A stretch of DNA of 56,460 bases, the filler included, from Streblomastix strix (taxonomy: Eukaryota), in NCBI GenBank assembly GCA_008636045.1. It is 3 parts of 3 records of this genome, joined end to end, with 100 filler letters (N's around TTAATTAATTAA, not from the genome) between each part and the next. Parts side by side here need not be neighbours in the genome. Positions count along the whole stretch, not along the records: positions 1 to 18,805 come from SNRW01000583.1; 2 more parts are not named here. One strand, 5' to 3'. The translations under genes were made by a program, and so were the position numbers. Position 1 is the first letter of the stretch. Every line of letters begins with the position of its first letter. The notes beneath the pieces are model-generated. The model ran no database searches. It saw nothing but the letters and a program-made list of their open reading frames with translations, and had not been told where the DNA came from. Of this stretch, positions 1 through 14,382 are shown piece by piece.

Positions 1-3452
<3,452 letters not shown>

Positions 3453-4362
3453 AGTCTTAATTTGAATAAAACTATAAAATAATACAGATAAATAAATTAA
3501 ATTGTTAATTGAATGATAAAATATAAAATATTTAGTTTTTACAAGGAAAAAACCGAAAATTTTATTTAAAAATTCAAATTCTCACTTTGGGTATATTGAT
3601 GTAGTACAAATATTTCAAATTTGTCATAGCTTTCAAATAAATATTTGAATTAGAAATACTCCAAGGACAAATATATTATAAACTTCTTTTTTAGTGAACA
3701 GATAAGTTATTAACACAAAAGTATTTTTATTTTTTTAATACATTAAAAATGATTTTAATTGCGCTAGAAATCTAAGAAAAAACCTAAAAGTTTTATAAAT
3801 TACAAGTTTGTATCGCAATTTTACCTACATGTTTATTATAAATTTTCTACAGTAAAGGTTTTTCAATAACAATTTTATAAATTTAATCATATATTACAAT
3901 CAATATTTTTTTAAAGGTTGTCATATGATACAAATTTATAATATTTCAAAATGCAGTTGAGCAACAAAACATTATACTAAATAGATAAATGTAGACTAAA
4001 GAATTTTATATTTATAACAATCTATCGAAAAATCTACTTATTTCTAATTATAGTTGTTTCTTAATTAATAGTTTAATTTTTTTTTTAAAACATCACTTCT
4101 CGCTGATGTTTCAAATTATATAATATAATATTAACAAGTTTCTATACAACTTCAATATAGAACGCACATAATTTGTTACAAATAACATTATATATATAAA
4201 GATATCTTTCTAGCAAAAAGAAAGATTTTTTTTCCTTAAAAAACGCACCTTTCCTCCATTCCCGCATAGATTTGTTCATATATTTACCTACTTTTCATTT
4301 TTTTGTTATTTACTTATTTATCATTTACTTAAACTATTTTTATTATAAAAGAATCAGATAAA

Positions 4363-5055
4363 ATGCAAACGGAATAAGAATTCTATGAAACAGCAAGAGA
4401 CATCATATCCTTCGCTGATTCATATGTATAAAACAAATAAAGAAAATAAAATGAATAATCAGAATATGAATCTATACAATCTCTTGTTGAAATTTTAGTT
4501 TCTCTTAAGTGCCTTAGAAATCAAATCTGGAAAAATAATAATATGAGTAAACAAATGATTCAGATTCCGAAGCTTCTTCGATCACTCTCTGCACTTTCAT
4601 TATACAAAATCAGCACTCACATTGACTTAGGTGTAGATAGACAGAGCTTAGAAGTTAGAAGTTGGAGTAGAACATGTCTTATATATATTCAATACTATGG
4701 AGATGAATAAGCCCAATAAGAACTTGTTAATAATGGATATGGAAGAGTGATTTTCATTTCATATAGCACAGCTGGAGGCATTGACGAAGTACAAGATGCG
4801 GAGATCTGGAATGGATTGAAGTAAATCTCCAGGTTCCTCAGTGAACTACATTTTGGGAGATATAATCATAAACCATTCTTCCAACCACTTCCATTACTTG
4901 CTCGAATGTCTGTTGAACAAATAGAAGAAGAAGGTGCAAATGAAGAAGTTGAAGCATAAATGAATAATGTTGGATATTATGATGATAGTAATATCAAGGA
5001 TTATGCAAACTACGTAAAAGCAATGGTACTGAACCACTTCGTTCACAGTCGCTGA
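4363..5055 (+). CDS. Intronless 230-aa member of an expanded helical family (STAGG...FQPLPLLAR...EQIEEEGANEE motif)
   Basis: ATG 4363 to TGA 5055 is open under code 6: MQTEQEFYETARDIISFADS...GYGRVIFISYSTAGGIDEVQDAEIWNGL...FQPLPLLARMSVEQIEEEGANEEVEAQ. Paralogs lie at 14383-17231 and 9691-10851. Confidence 0.85.
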
Positions 5056-5585
5056 ATATGTCCAGTTTTGCATGTTCAGTTTTTAATCCATTTCACACAT
5101 TCGCCTGTTCAGTCACAAAATAAAATCTAATTAAAATACACCATTATAATAAGATTGATGTTGTTTTATGAAAAATTTAGCTTTTCAACAAATAGAAAAA
5201 TTATAAACAGTTAAATATAATAATCAGAACAATTTGCAGCTTTCCAAATTCTCACTGCAGTATTCTACTTCTTTAAGCAATGTAATATTTTATAATAAAT
5301 TATACAATTCTACTTTTTATCACTTTAAATTCATAGAATACTCATTGATAACAGACTACTTTGCTATTTTAAATTTGATTCTTTAACGACAATTATACGA
5401 GAGAAATTATGTAAAATATTGAAATTTGCGATTTTAATCGTATTGAATTAAGCTATATTTAACATATTACTATATTACAAGCACATTCCATTATTTGATC
5501 AGTTGAAAATTCGACTTGATTATTTTAAAATTAAACTGCTTAATATTCCATTATTTTCTGTTTATATCAGATTAATTGCGTTTCA

Positions 5586-6044
5586 ATGGAAACAAACACA
5601 GATCTAAATATTAATGATGAATAATCATTAAGTAAATATGAATAACTACTTGCCCAGTAACTCTTTTCTATTCTTATAACCTCAGTACCTGGATCAGACA
5701 AAGTTATTACTGGTCTCAACATTGAAAATTTGCTTAAATTCATGCAATACGAAGTTGACATGCTTAATGAAGAAATTGTTATAGCATCAATTCTGCTTCA
5801 ACGATTTTTCCAGAAACAAGAATCAAAAGGTGTTCAAGTAGTGAAGGTGAAGAACATTGGCACTATATTGATAGTTGTGTTCATACTTGCAATGAAATTA
5901 TGCAGAGATGATTCATACAGAAACAAAACCATTGCAAATATGTTCAAAATACCATCTGAAACAATAAATCAGTCCGAATTAGGGTTTTTGAGGATGATTG
6001 ATTTCGATTTGAATGTTGAATACGGTTTCTTCGATCGTGATTGA
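5586..6044 (+). CDS. Cyclin, PHO80/CYCP(U)-like single cyclin box
   Basis: Extends to ATG 5586 under code 6. ILAMKLCRDDSYRNKTIANMFKIPSETINQSELGFLRMIDFDLNV fits the PHO80-family pattern K..DD.y.N...A.......N..E..FL..ldf.L.V. Confidence 0.8.
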
Positions 6045-6735
6045 AAGCTGCCCTATATTATACCTCTAATAAGCTATATCGCGATTTTAGGACTGGAATA
6101 ACTTTTTTTATTTTTAATTACTTAATTTTTTATTTAAATTAAGTTTAATCATCATTCTTTTTATTTTGAATAGTATTTTCTTTGATAGTCTATTATGTAA
6201 TTTAACATAATCTTTAATTTTTTGATAAGGAATCATTTTTATTTAATTTTAATAGTCAAACAATTTTTTTTTTGAAATTATTTACCTATTATTTGTCTTA
6301 AATTTTTGCTATCATTCTGAATAGCATATATACATATACATTAATTTCAAGTTTACTGTTCAATTCGTTATTATTTATTATTATCATCATTTGTATATTT
6401 TATATTATAGTAAAACTTTATTTATTTCTTATTTTACATGAACAGTTGTCATATTAAATCATTTAGTCTTAATTTTTTTTACAGATATATGTGTTCTAAT
6501 AAGGTTTTTTTTAAATTATCATCGTCTTTAAATTTCTTTTATATTTTGTCATAAAAGCGAAATAATACAACTGATATTAACAGAACTGCAATATATGCTT
6601 TGAAAAGTACTTTCTTTATCTTTTAAAATAAATATAATCACCAATCAAAAATTTACTCTAATATAATATATTATATATTGAAACATGTATTTTCCTCCAG
6701 TGAGATGCTTAGTTTTGTGAAATGATATCAAATAA

Positions 6736-8952
6736 TCATTTCTTTTTCTGCTTTGGAACAACTTTAGGTGCAACTTTAACATCCGTTTTTGAAGGAACTT
6801 TAGCCAAAACTTTAGCAGCAATTTTCGTTTCTACTTTAACTGATGGTTTTGTTTCGGTTTTAGGAGCAATTTTTGTCTCAGATTTCAATGATGTTTTTGA
6901 ATCAGATTTTATTGGAACTTTGGCTGCAACTTTCACTGGAGTTTTAGTTTCAGATTTTGATATTGTTTTTGTTTCAATCTTTTGTGGAGTATTTGTTTAA
7001 TCTGCTTTATCTGTTTTGGCTGGAAGTTTAGACTGCGATTTTGATTGGACTTTAGATTACACTTTTGAAGTGGGTTTCTCATCAATTTTTATGGCTTATT
7101 TGAATTGTGCATCTGTTACAATCTTCAGACCTATTTATTAATATAATAATAATTATAATTATAATATAATAATTATAATATAATAATAAGACATAAATAT
7201 TATTAATTAATTAGATATAATTATTCAATATACCATCAATTTATTCATTTGAATGTGAAAGAAGAACATCTGGTTTGATTGATTTGTATTTCTTGATGAA
7301 CGGATGATCTATTAAATCTTTGGCTGAACTTCTTTTCTATATAATAAAATGAATATAAATCATAATAAACAATATATTAAATAACATAAAAAAGATGTAA
7401 TAAATCATAATAATTTTATCAATATAAATTCCACCTTTGGATCCTTAATGAGACATTTCCCAATAAAATCGAGTAATTCTTGGCTCCATTTCTCTGGTTT
7501 CTCGGGTTTAGGAGGTGGATTGTCTTTTATTAGATCTGAAACTCTATTATATGAATATATGAATGAATATGTTAATGTGAATAATATTTATATATAAAAA
7601 TATATAAAAAGTAAATTTAATATGAAAATATAATAAAGTAAGTAGAAATATTAGATATTTAATATATTCAATAATAATCTAATAAATAATGAACAAACTT
7701 TTCAGGTTCAGTATCAGAATGTGGAGGTTCTCCATCAAGCATCTCAATTGTTGTTATTCCTGATTAATATATATACATATAAAGATAAATAAATATGAAT
7801 AATGAATAAAACTAAATTAAATAAGATTATTATAATAATGAAGATTAAGTTTATATATTCAAATATCAAACCTAATGACCAAATATCAATTTTGGAATCA
7901 TATGTTTCTTCTACAACCATTTCAGGAGCATCTGATAAATTAGAAAATAAAATATAATATAACAATTAAATTTAATATAATTATATATATTCAATTAAAT
8001 ATTATGAAATAGTACATTAGATCATACTATAATACACTGACAATGATTCACTCTTGGTTGGATTAATAGCTTAACTTGTTTGCATCTCAAAATCAAAGTT
8101 TCCAAGACGAACATCGCCATCACTAAATAAATAAATAATAAATAAATTAAAAAAATAAATGAATGAAAAGAATATTTAAATTAAAAAAGATAAAAAAAGA
8201 TATTTTTAAATAATATATATAATTAATTGAGTATGTCAATACCTGTTAACTGAAATGTTGTTCGCATAAATGCCTTTATATATCTTATTTGTAGAATGCA
8301 AGTATATAAGGCCCTAATAAATAGCAAATAAGTAAGAATAATAATTTATAATAATAATTGATTAATAAATAATTGATTATTTATTAATTGATTATTAATT
8401 AATTTATAATAATTAATTGATTACTTAATAATCTATACTTCCAATACACATCTGAGTACAAATGACAATTACTGTTCACTTAATCCATCCTTAGTGAACT
8501 CATATATATTCAATATTGATCCATTTTCACACAACTCCGTTGCAACCTAATAAAAAATATCAATATAATTTCATGATAATAAAATATAATCATTATATTA
8601 GTTCAATAAAGTTTATAATCACACCCAAATATCCAATGAAGACAGCTTCCATGCTCCAATGATCTTCACAAAACGTGGATTATTGCGCTGCTTCAAATTA
8701 TGAATAACTTACTTCACTTTGGATACCTCACTCACATCACCAAAACAGTTTCTCTCCAAAATGCACAATTGTTTCGTTTCTTTGTGCATCGCTTTGAAAG
8801 TCTCCCCATATGTTCTGTTATATGAGTTTATATAATTATATATGGGTAACTATGAATAATATTTTATACCCCTCTCCTAGTTTTTCTTGTATCTCAAACA
8901 ATTCTTCTGGATTTCCTGCAGAAAATATTTAACTGTCGCTTATTTCCGACAT
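6736..8952 (-). CDS. STE20/MST-like pseudokinase with a Lys/Pro/Ala/Val-rich C-terminal tail (multi-exon)
   Basis: NPEELFEIQEKLGEGTYGETFKAMHK, YAPEMV...YDSKIDIWSLGITTIEMLDGEPPH, PPPKPEKPEKWSQELLDFIGKCLIKDP and HPFI. The splice phases I checked join in frame. Catalytic motifs are substituted. Confidence 0.85.
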
Positions 8953-9690
8953 AAATGTCTGAATATAAAAAAAGTTAAAAGAATCATAAAAAATATGTGA
9001 TATGAATAAATTTATATGTGATGTTGAGAAGTTAATAATGAAATGTTAATAAAAATAGAAAAGAATAAAGATTGAAAAAAAAATTATGTAATAAATTTCT
9101 TAAAATAGTTTGAAATTGAATTTATTTTAATAATTATGATTTATATAAGTAAATAAATATAAAATTAACTAAAATGTAAAAGAATCTATTTTTATCTATC
9201 GAATAATATGAACATTAAAGTTGTAGAATTTTGAATGCATTTTATTAAGCGTGATAAAAATTAAATAATTTCAAAAGAAAATAATTTTGTAAAATAAAAT
9301 ATTAATAATTTAAAATGTAAGACTATAAATTAATTTAGTTATGGAGTTGGAACGGGAAGCCCGTTTTCTCATATTAGCTGTAATATTAGCTAATAACAAG
9401 ATATTTCGTAGCAATTTTATTAATATATTAATTTTTATAATATTCACCAACAAAAAATCAACAGATTACTGAAAATGGTGAATATACAATTTTTGGCTTA
9501 TTTCTTCAATTCAGTTCAAAAATTAAATTTTTAAAAGGCATTATAAATATAATTGATCCTTTTCTATGTATTTTGATAATATTTACTTTCATTTTGGCTT
9601 TGAAATTAGAATTATTATATTTTTTTATGTCTTTTTTCAATTTTTTTATACAACCATAATTCCTTTTTTTTTAATTTTTATATAGAAATC

Positions 9691-10851
9691 ATGTCTAATC
9701 TGAAGCAAATTTAATTCATTCACAAGAATCCGGTTTTACTCACATAACTGGAAATTAGACGAATTTTTTCAACAGATACAAACAGTGATTCTGATAAAGC
9801 TAGTCAAATTAGGAGCATAATAAAACAAGCTTCTCAACTGACGAACCATAAATTAAAATAAGTAGTCAAAGTATGATTATTTAATGCAATTAAGGAGAAT
9901 ATCAATGATTGTTAAACTGAATCATAAAAAACATTACTTGATCTTTTAGAGGTTAATTTATTACTTCAACTTCTTCACATCAATTGTAATGAAGAACTGC
10001 ATTGTTCATATAAAATACATTTTCTAATATCTCCAAATATATTCATAATTCAATCTGCAGTGTATGAAACATTATTTCCAATTCTTCATTATATCAAATC
10101 TGTCAGTGAATAACTGATTAACCAACATAACATTTTCAATCATATAAACTCTCAATTATCATGTTTTATAAAGTACTAATAATTCTAAATTAAATAAAGT
10201 AATAATATTAATTAAACAATATCTTCTCATCTTGATATCATTTCTCTTTCAACTGATTATATTTTAATTCTCATCAAATTTCTCTCATTTCTAATTAATG
10301 CTCCAATTAGTCTCAAATATCCTTCAAATTTTTGAATGGATTACATTTCTCCACTAATATAACTCATTCAAATAAACAGCATTGAATCTAATATTGATAA
10401 TAATAATGACTTATAAAGAATCAACTTCTTCACACTGCTATGTCTTACTGATATTCTGAACTTATATAAGTTTCCAATTATTAAGCAACTGGTTGATAAT
10501 TAATATCCATCTTTACTTATAAGGATAATATCAACAGGAGGAGGTCTGATGTAATAATAAGATAGAGTAACTCAAAGATCATTAATGAATTTAGGCTTCT
10601 TTTTCAGAAGATTAATTGGCCAAAATTTTAATTTATTATTTAATCGGTAATATAATTGTGGTAGTTAATACACTAACTTTATTTTGATTAAATCCACTAT
10701 GGAATAAATTGAATTTGAAGGTGGAGAGGAAGAAATTGATTCGCATTTTTTCCAAATTGGATGTATTCGATCTTTTAAATACAATTATTTTGCTGATTAT
10801 GCTAAACGCGATTTATTAAACAGGTTTGTATGTTTCTTAATACAGCGATGA
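9691..10851 (+). pseudogene. Divergent STAGG/EQIEEEG-family member with two in-frame TGA
   Basis: One frame from ATG 9691 contains LLHINCNEELHC, IISTGGG and EQIEFEGGEEEIDSHF. TGA occurs at 9874 (inside a possible GTATGA intron) and at 10333 (no obvious intron). Confidence 0.6.
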
Positions 10852-11197
10852 AGGTTAAAGAATATATTCGTTATAATATATCAATTCATTTTTATATGTT
10901 AAGAATGAAATAAAAATTAATATAGTAATTATTTTTTTTTTATTTCTATTTTATCAAATTTTTTCATTTCCTATTTAAACATATTTTATTTATTTAATAA
11001 AAATATATTAACTGTATAAAATAATTTTATTTCGATTATCTTTTATTTTTCATATTAATAAATACAAGAAGACATTGTTAAAAGTATTGACTAAATAACA
11101 ATGATATAATAATAAATCGAGTTAATATATAAAATCAGTATTAAAGAAGCACTATGATTTGAATATTTCTATCTAAGAACTAAGCACCTTCGCAAAT

Positions 11198-12187
11198 TCA
11201 TTACCACTTAATTTCAATCTCTCCTGAAATGTTCTTTGCATTTGGAACATTTAGTTTCCTCAATGAAAGAACTGTAACTGACTCTCCTGGGAAGTTAATA
11301 TTGAACTATCAGATAAAAATCAGCAACAATTAATATATAAATCTGGACAAATTATGCAATTACTATTAGCAAACGAAGAACTGGACTTTATCTGGTATTC
11401 CACTCATATAGACCGGCTGTTGAACATCGTTGATGAAGAGATGTGCTGTCTTTGGTTCTGCAAGATTCACTTCAATTGCGGCAACGTCGCCTTCTTTGAT
11501 CTGCTGGTTTCCTGCTGGTGTTTTATGGTTCTGGTACAAAGACCCGCTTTTTTAAATATAAATAAAATCATAAAAATGAGATAAAAATATAAAATAGGAA
11601 TAGTTTGTATAACACTTGCTGTGAAAGAACATGCAGTCCTTGAAATCTAGATTTGATAATTTAAATATAAAGAGAATAAAATAATCCAAACAGTTTAATT
11701 TATTAAAAAACTGCAAACAAGGATATTAATTCCCATTCATTCCAAATGGAATAACAAGTCCAGATTTCATAACACCAAAATCTTATTAATGAAAGATGGA
11801 AAAAATAGTAAGATTAATGTATATTTGAATAAGCTAATATAAATCAAACTAAAGTTTCCAAGTTTGTTGACCTTCAATTCGCATTTGTAGATACCCTAAG
11901 TAACAACTGGACTAACAGGGAAAGTTTTATATTCTTGAGCTGTTAATGTGAAGGTTAATTCTCCGTCTTTAGTATAAGAACCATCAGGAACTGTGATATA
12001 AGCTTAAATTTCTTAGTCTTCAGACTAAATACCCTTTTAAGCTAAAGAATCTTAATCAACCTGCAAAAAATAGATAAAATAATAAAATGGTTAATTATAG
12101 TCAAGCTAATAGAAATTTATCTATAAATACTTTCTTATTCTGGTTTTATTGTTCAAATTAAATAGGATTTTAAACAGAGTCAGTCAT
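11198..12187 (-). CDS. Stand-alone SPRY/B30.2-like beta-sandwich protein (multi-exon)
   Basis: KTFPVSPVVTQGIYKCELKV...FGVMKSGLVIPFG...GNQQIKEGDVAAIEVNLAEPKTAHLFINDVQQPVYMSGIPDKVQFF resembles the SPRY G..y.E and GD.i.ield...l.f..N motifs. Ends IKWQ-TGA. Confidence 0.65.
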
Positions 12188-12725
12188 TGTTGTGCTATTA
12201 CTCAAGAAAAAACTTTCTTATTATAAAAAAAATGTAGAATGATTTCTAAATAAATTTCCTTTAAATAAAATTATATATAATTATTTAATTTAAAAAAATT
12301 GAAAGTTAGTCAATGTTAAAAACTTACAATTCGTTTAATACAACGAGATCACATCAAAATTCTCGCAACTTAGTACTTATGTATAAACAAATCCTATTTA
12401 GAATTAGAGTAAATATAGATGATGATTGTGGGAAAGAAGAATATGGTTAAAAATGTATATTAAAAGCGAAACAAAATCAAATTAAAAATTTCTTACTTAA
12501 GCACTATCCTTTCAGTTACCAATAATTTGATTTATTTTAAAATCGTGGAATATATTAGCAGTTGTTATTCAATCCTACAAATTATTTTGGAAATGTCTGT
12601 ACTATGCAATAAATACCAAATTATCTCTCCAACTTCAAATCTTTTTATCTTGACTTAACACAAATATTGAAAATTAATACTTAAAAAAAAATCTTTTATA
12701 ACTATTTTCTTTCATTTTTTTGAAG

Positions 12726-13767
12726 GACTTATATCGCATTCCTGCTTGCCCTGACAGTTCTTGCTCTTGGACAAAGTTACGACTTCCATTACCCCAGAGA
12801 AAGGATGGGCGATGACGGCAATGTTGTCATAGATCAGACAAGATCAGATAATTATGTGAACGGAAATTTCTCGGACTATACAGCATACATAGCTGGTGCG
12901 AAAGCTGACGATGTAAGTTTCATAGCAATTCCCTAGGTAGATTTCGAAAAGAGCAAACTGATATCAGATTTAACAGAAGGAGAAAAAGATTGCAGTGACT
13001 TGCATATTTTCCGCACAAATAATCTATATGGATGGTTAGGATTTGTTGCCTCTGCACTCACAAAGACTGATTTCAAGCCTAGTGCAACATGGCTCATCGC
13101 AAATGGACCTAAAAAAATCACAACATATCGTTAAGATGGTTCAATATCAGGAGATATATTTTCAGGAGCTTGCAATGATGGATCCTTAGATAACTTCCGA
13201 TATACTATATAGAAGCATGGTATGGTCACTGCTGATTGTATACCTAATTCAGTTGATATTCCAACTGATCTATCCAAATGCAAGGATGAGAGTGCATTAG
13301 ATGCTAAACTGAAATAGTACACTTAAGCTACTTTTACTGGAATATCTGTAAATAAGCTAAAACAAGCTCTTGTCAATGTTGGTCCAGTACTTGTCAGCTA
13401 AATAACGCCAGCATCACCACCGTTTATTTAAGATACTATATTAGGATGGGATGACAAAAACTGGATCTATGCTAGATTGGATTATGATTAAAAATACTAT
13501 CTGAACACTCTAGTTATATCTCAAGATGACACATTTACAGGCAGTGTACTCGTTGACTCTGGATCTTATGTGTTTGACTGCACAAAGGATATCACTCTAG
13601 AAACACCAGAATCAGAATGCCCATGTCCATCTAAGGATGATAAAGTAGCATTGGAAGCTGATCCAAGACATGTTAAAGGAGGCATTTGTGCTTCTGGATC
13701 AATGAGAGTGTTATTGAGTGTAGTTGCAGCTGCTGTGGTGATTCCAGTCATAGCATTGTTCTTTTGA
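12726..13767 (+). CDS. Papain/cathepsin-B-fold pseudoprotease surface protein: signal peptide, Cys-rich CPCP..DPR module and GPI-like C-terminus (start exon lies upstream)
   Basis: Open frame TYIAFLLALTVLALG...GACNDGS...KHGMVTADCIP...CKD...LKQALVNVGPVLV...ILGWDDKNWIY...ECPCPSKDDKVALEADPR...CASGSMRVLLSVVAAAVVIPVIALFF-TGA. Confidence 0.7.
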
Positions 13768-14382
13768 ACATGATGGTGAAATCAGCTCTGAATGAATATA
13801 TGCAACAATATTGAAAGTCATCAGAGCTTATAATGTGTGGGTAAGCTTCGATACGTCCACATTTTTATTCAACAACTAACTTTATTTTTCCAGAGTTTTA
13901 ACCTTTTCCAGTTTATTTTACATATTTTAGTAAACTTGCATATCGTTCTTATGTTATGAAAAGTGCAATAAAGAACCAGTTAAAATGGTTTCTTATAATT
14001 CTTTTATATTCTGAACTAAACATAAAATGCAAATTGTAACTTTATTCTTGAAAGCATTGAGGCAGTCAATTCACTGAATACAGTTTAAATATTCTTTTAA
14101 TAATGTCTAATTTGCAACGTTAGATAAGTGTCTGAATTAAAAACTTGAAGTTTTATGTTTAAATCAAGCAAAATAAATTACTATTCATATTGTTTTATAT
14201 GTGAAAGAGTATAACGAGTATATGCAACTATAATTAAGATATAAAAAAGAGTTAAAACTCATTATATGAAACATAAAAATGCGTCAAAAAATGATCAAAT
14301 TCAGTAGGAATTATTTAAAGATACTGTATTGGACAAATATACAAGAGTTAAGGTCAGAAACAGATTAAACTCACAAATCACT

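Noticed and set aside
6722..7000. Separate histone H1 gene or plus-strand membrane protein
   Set aside because: The basic stretch is the in-frame last exon of the STE20-like pseudokinase, and the plus-strand ORF is its antisense shadow.
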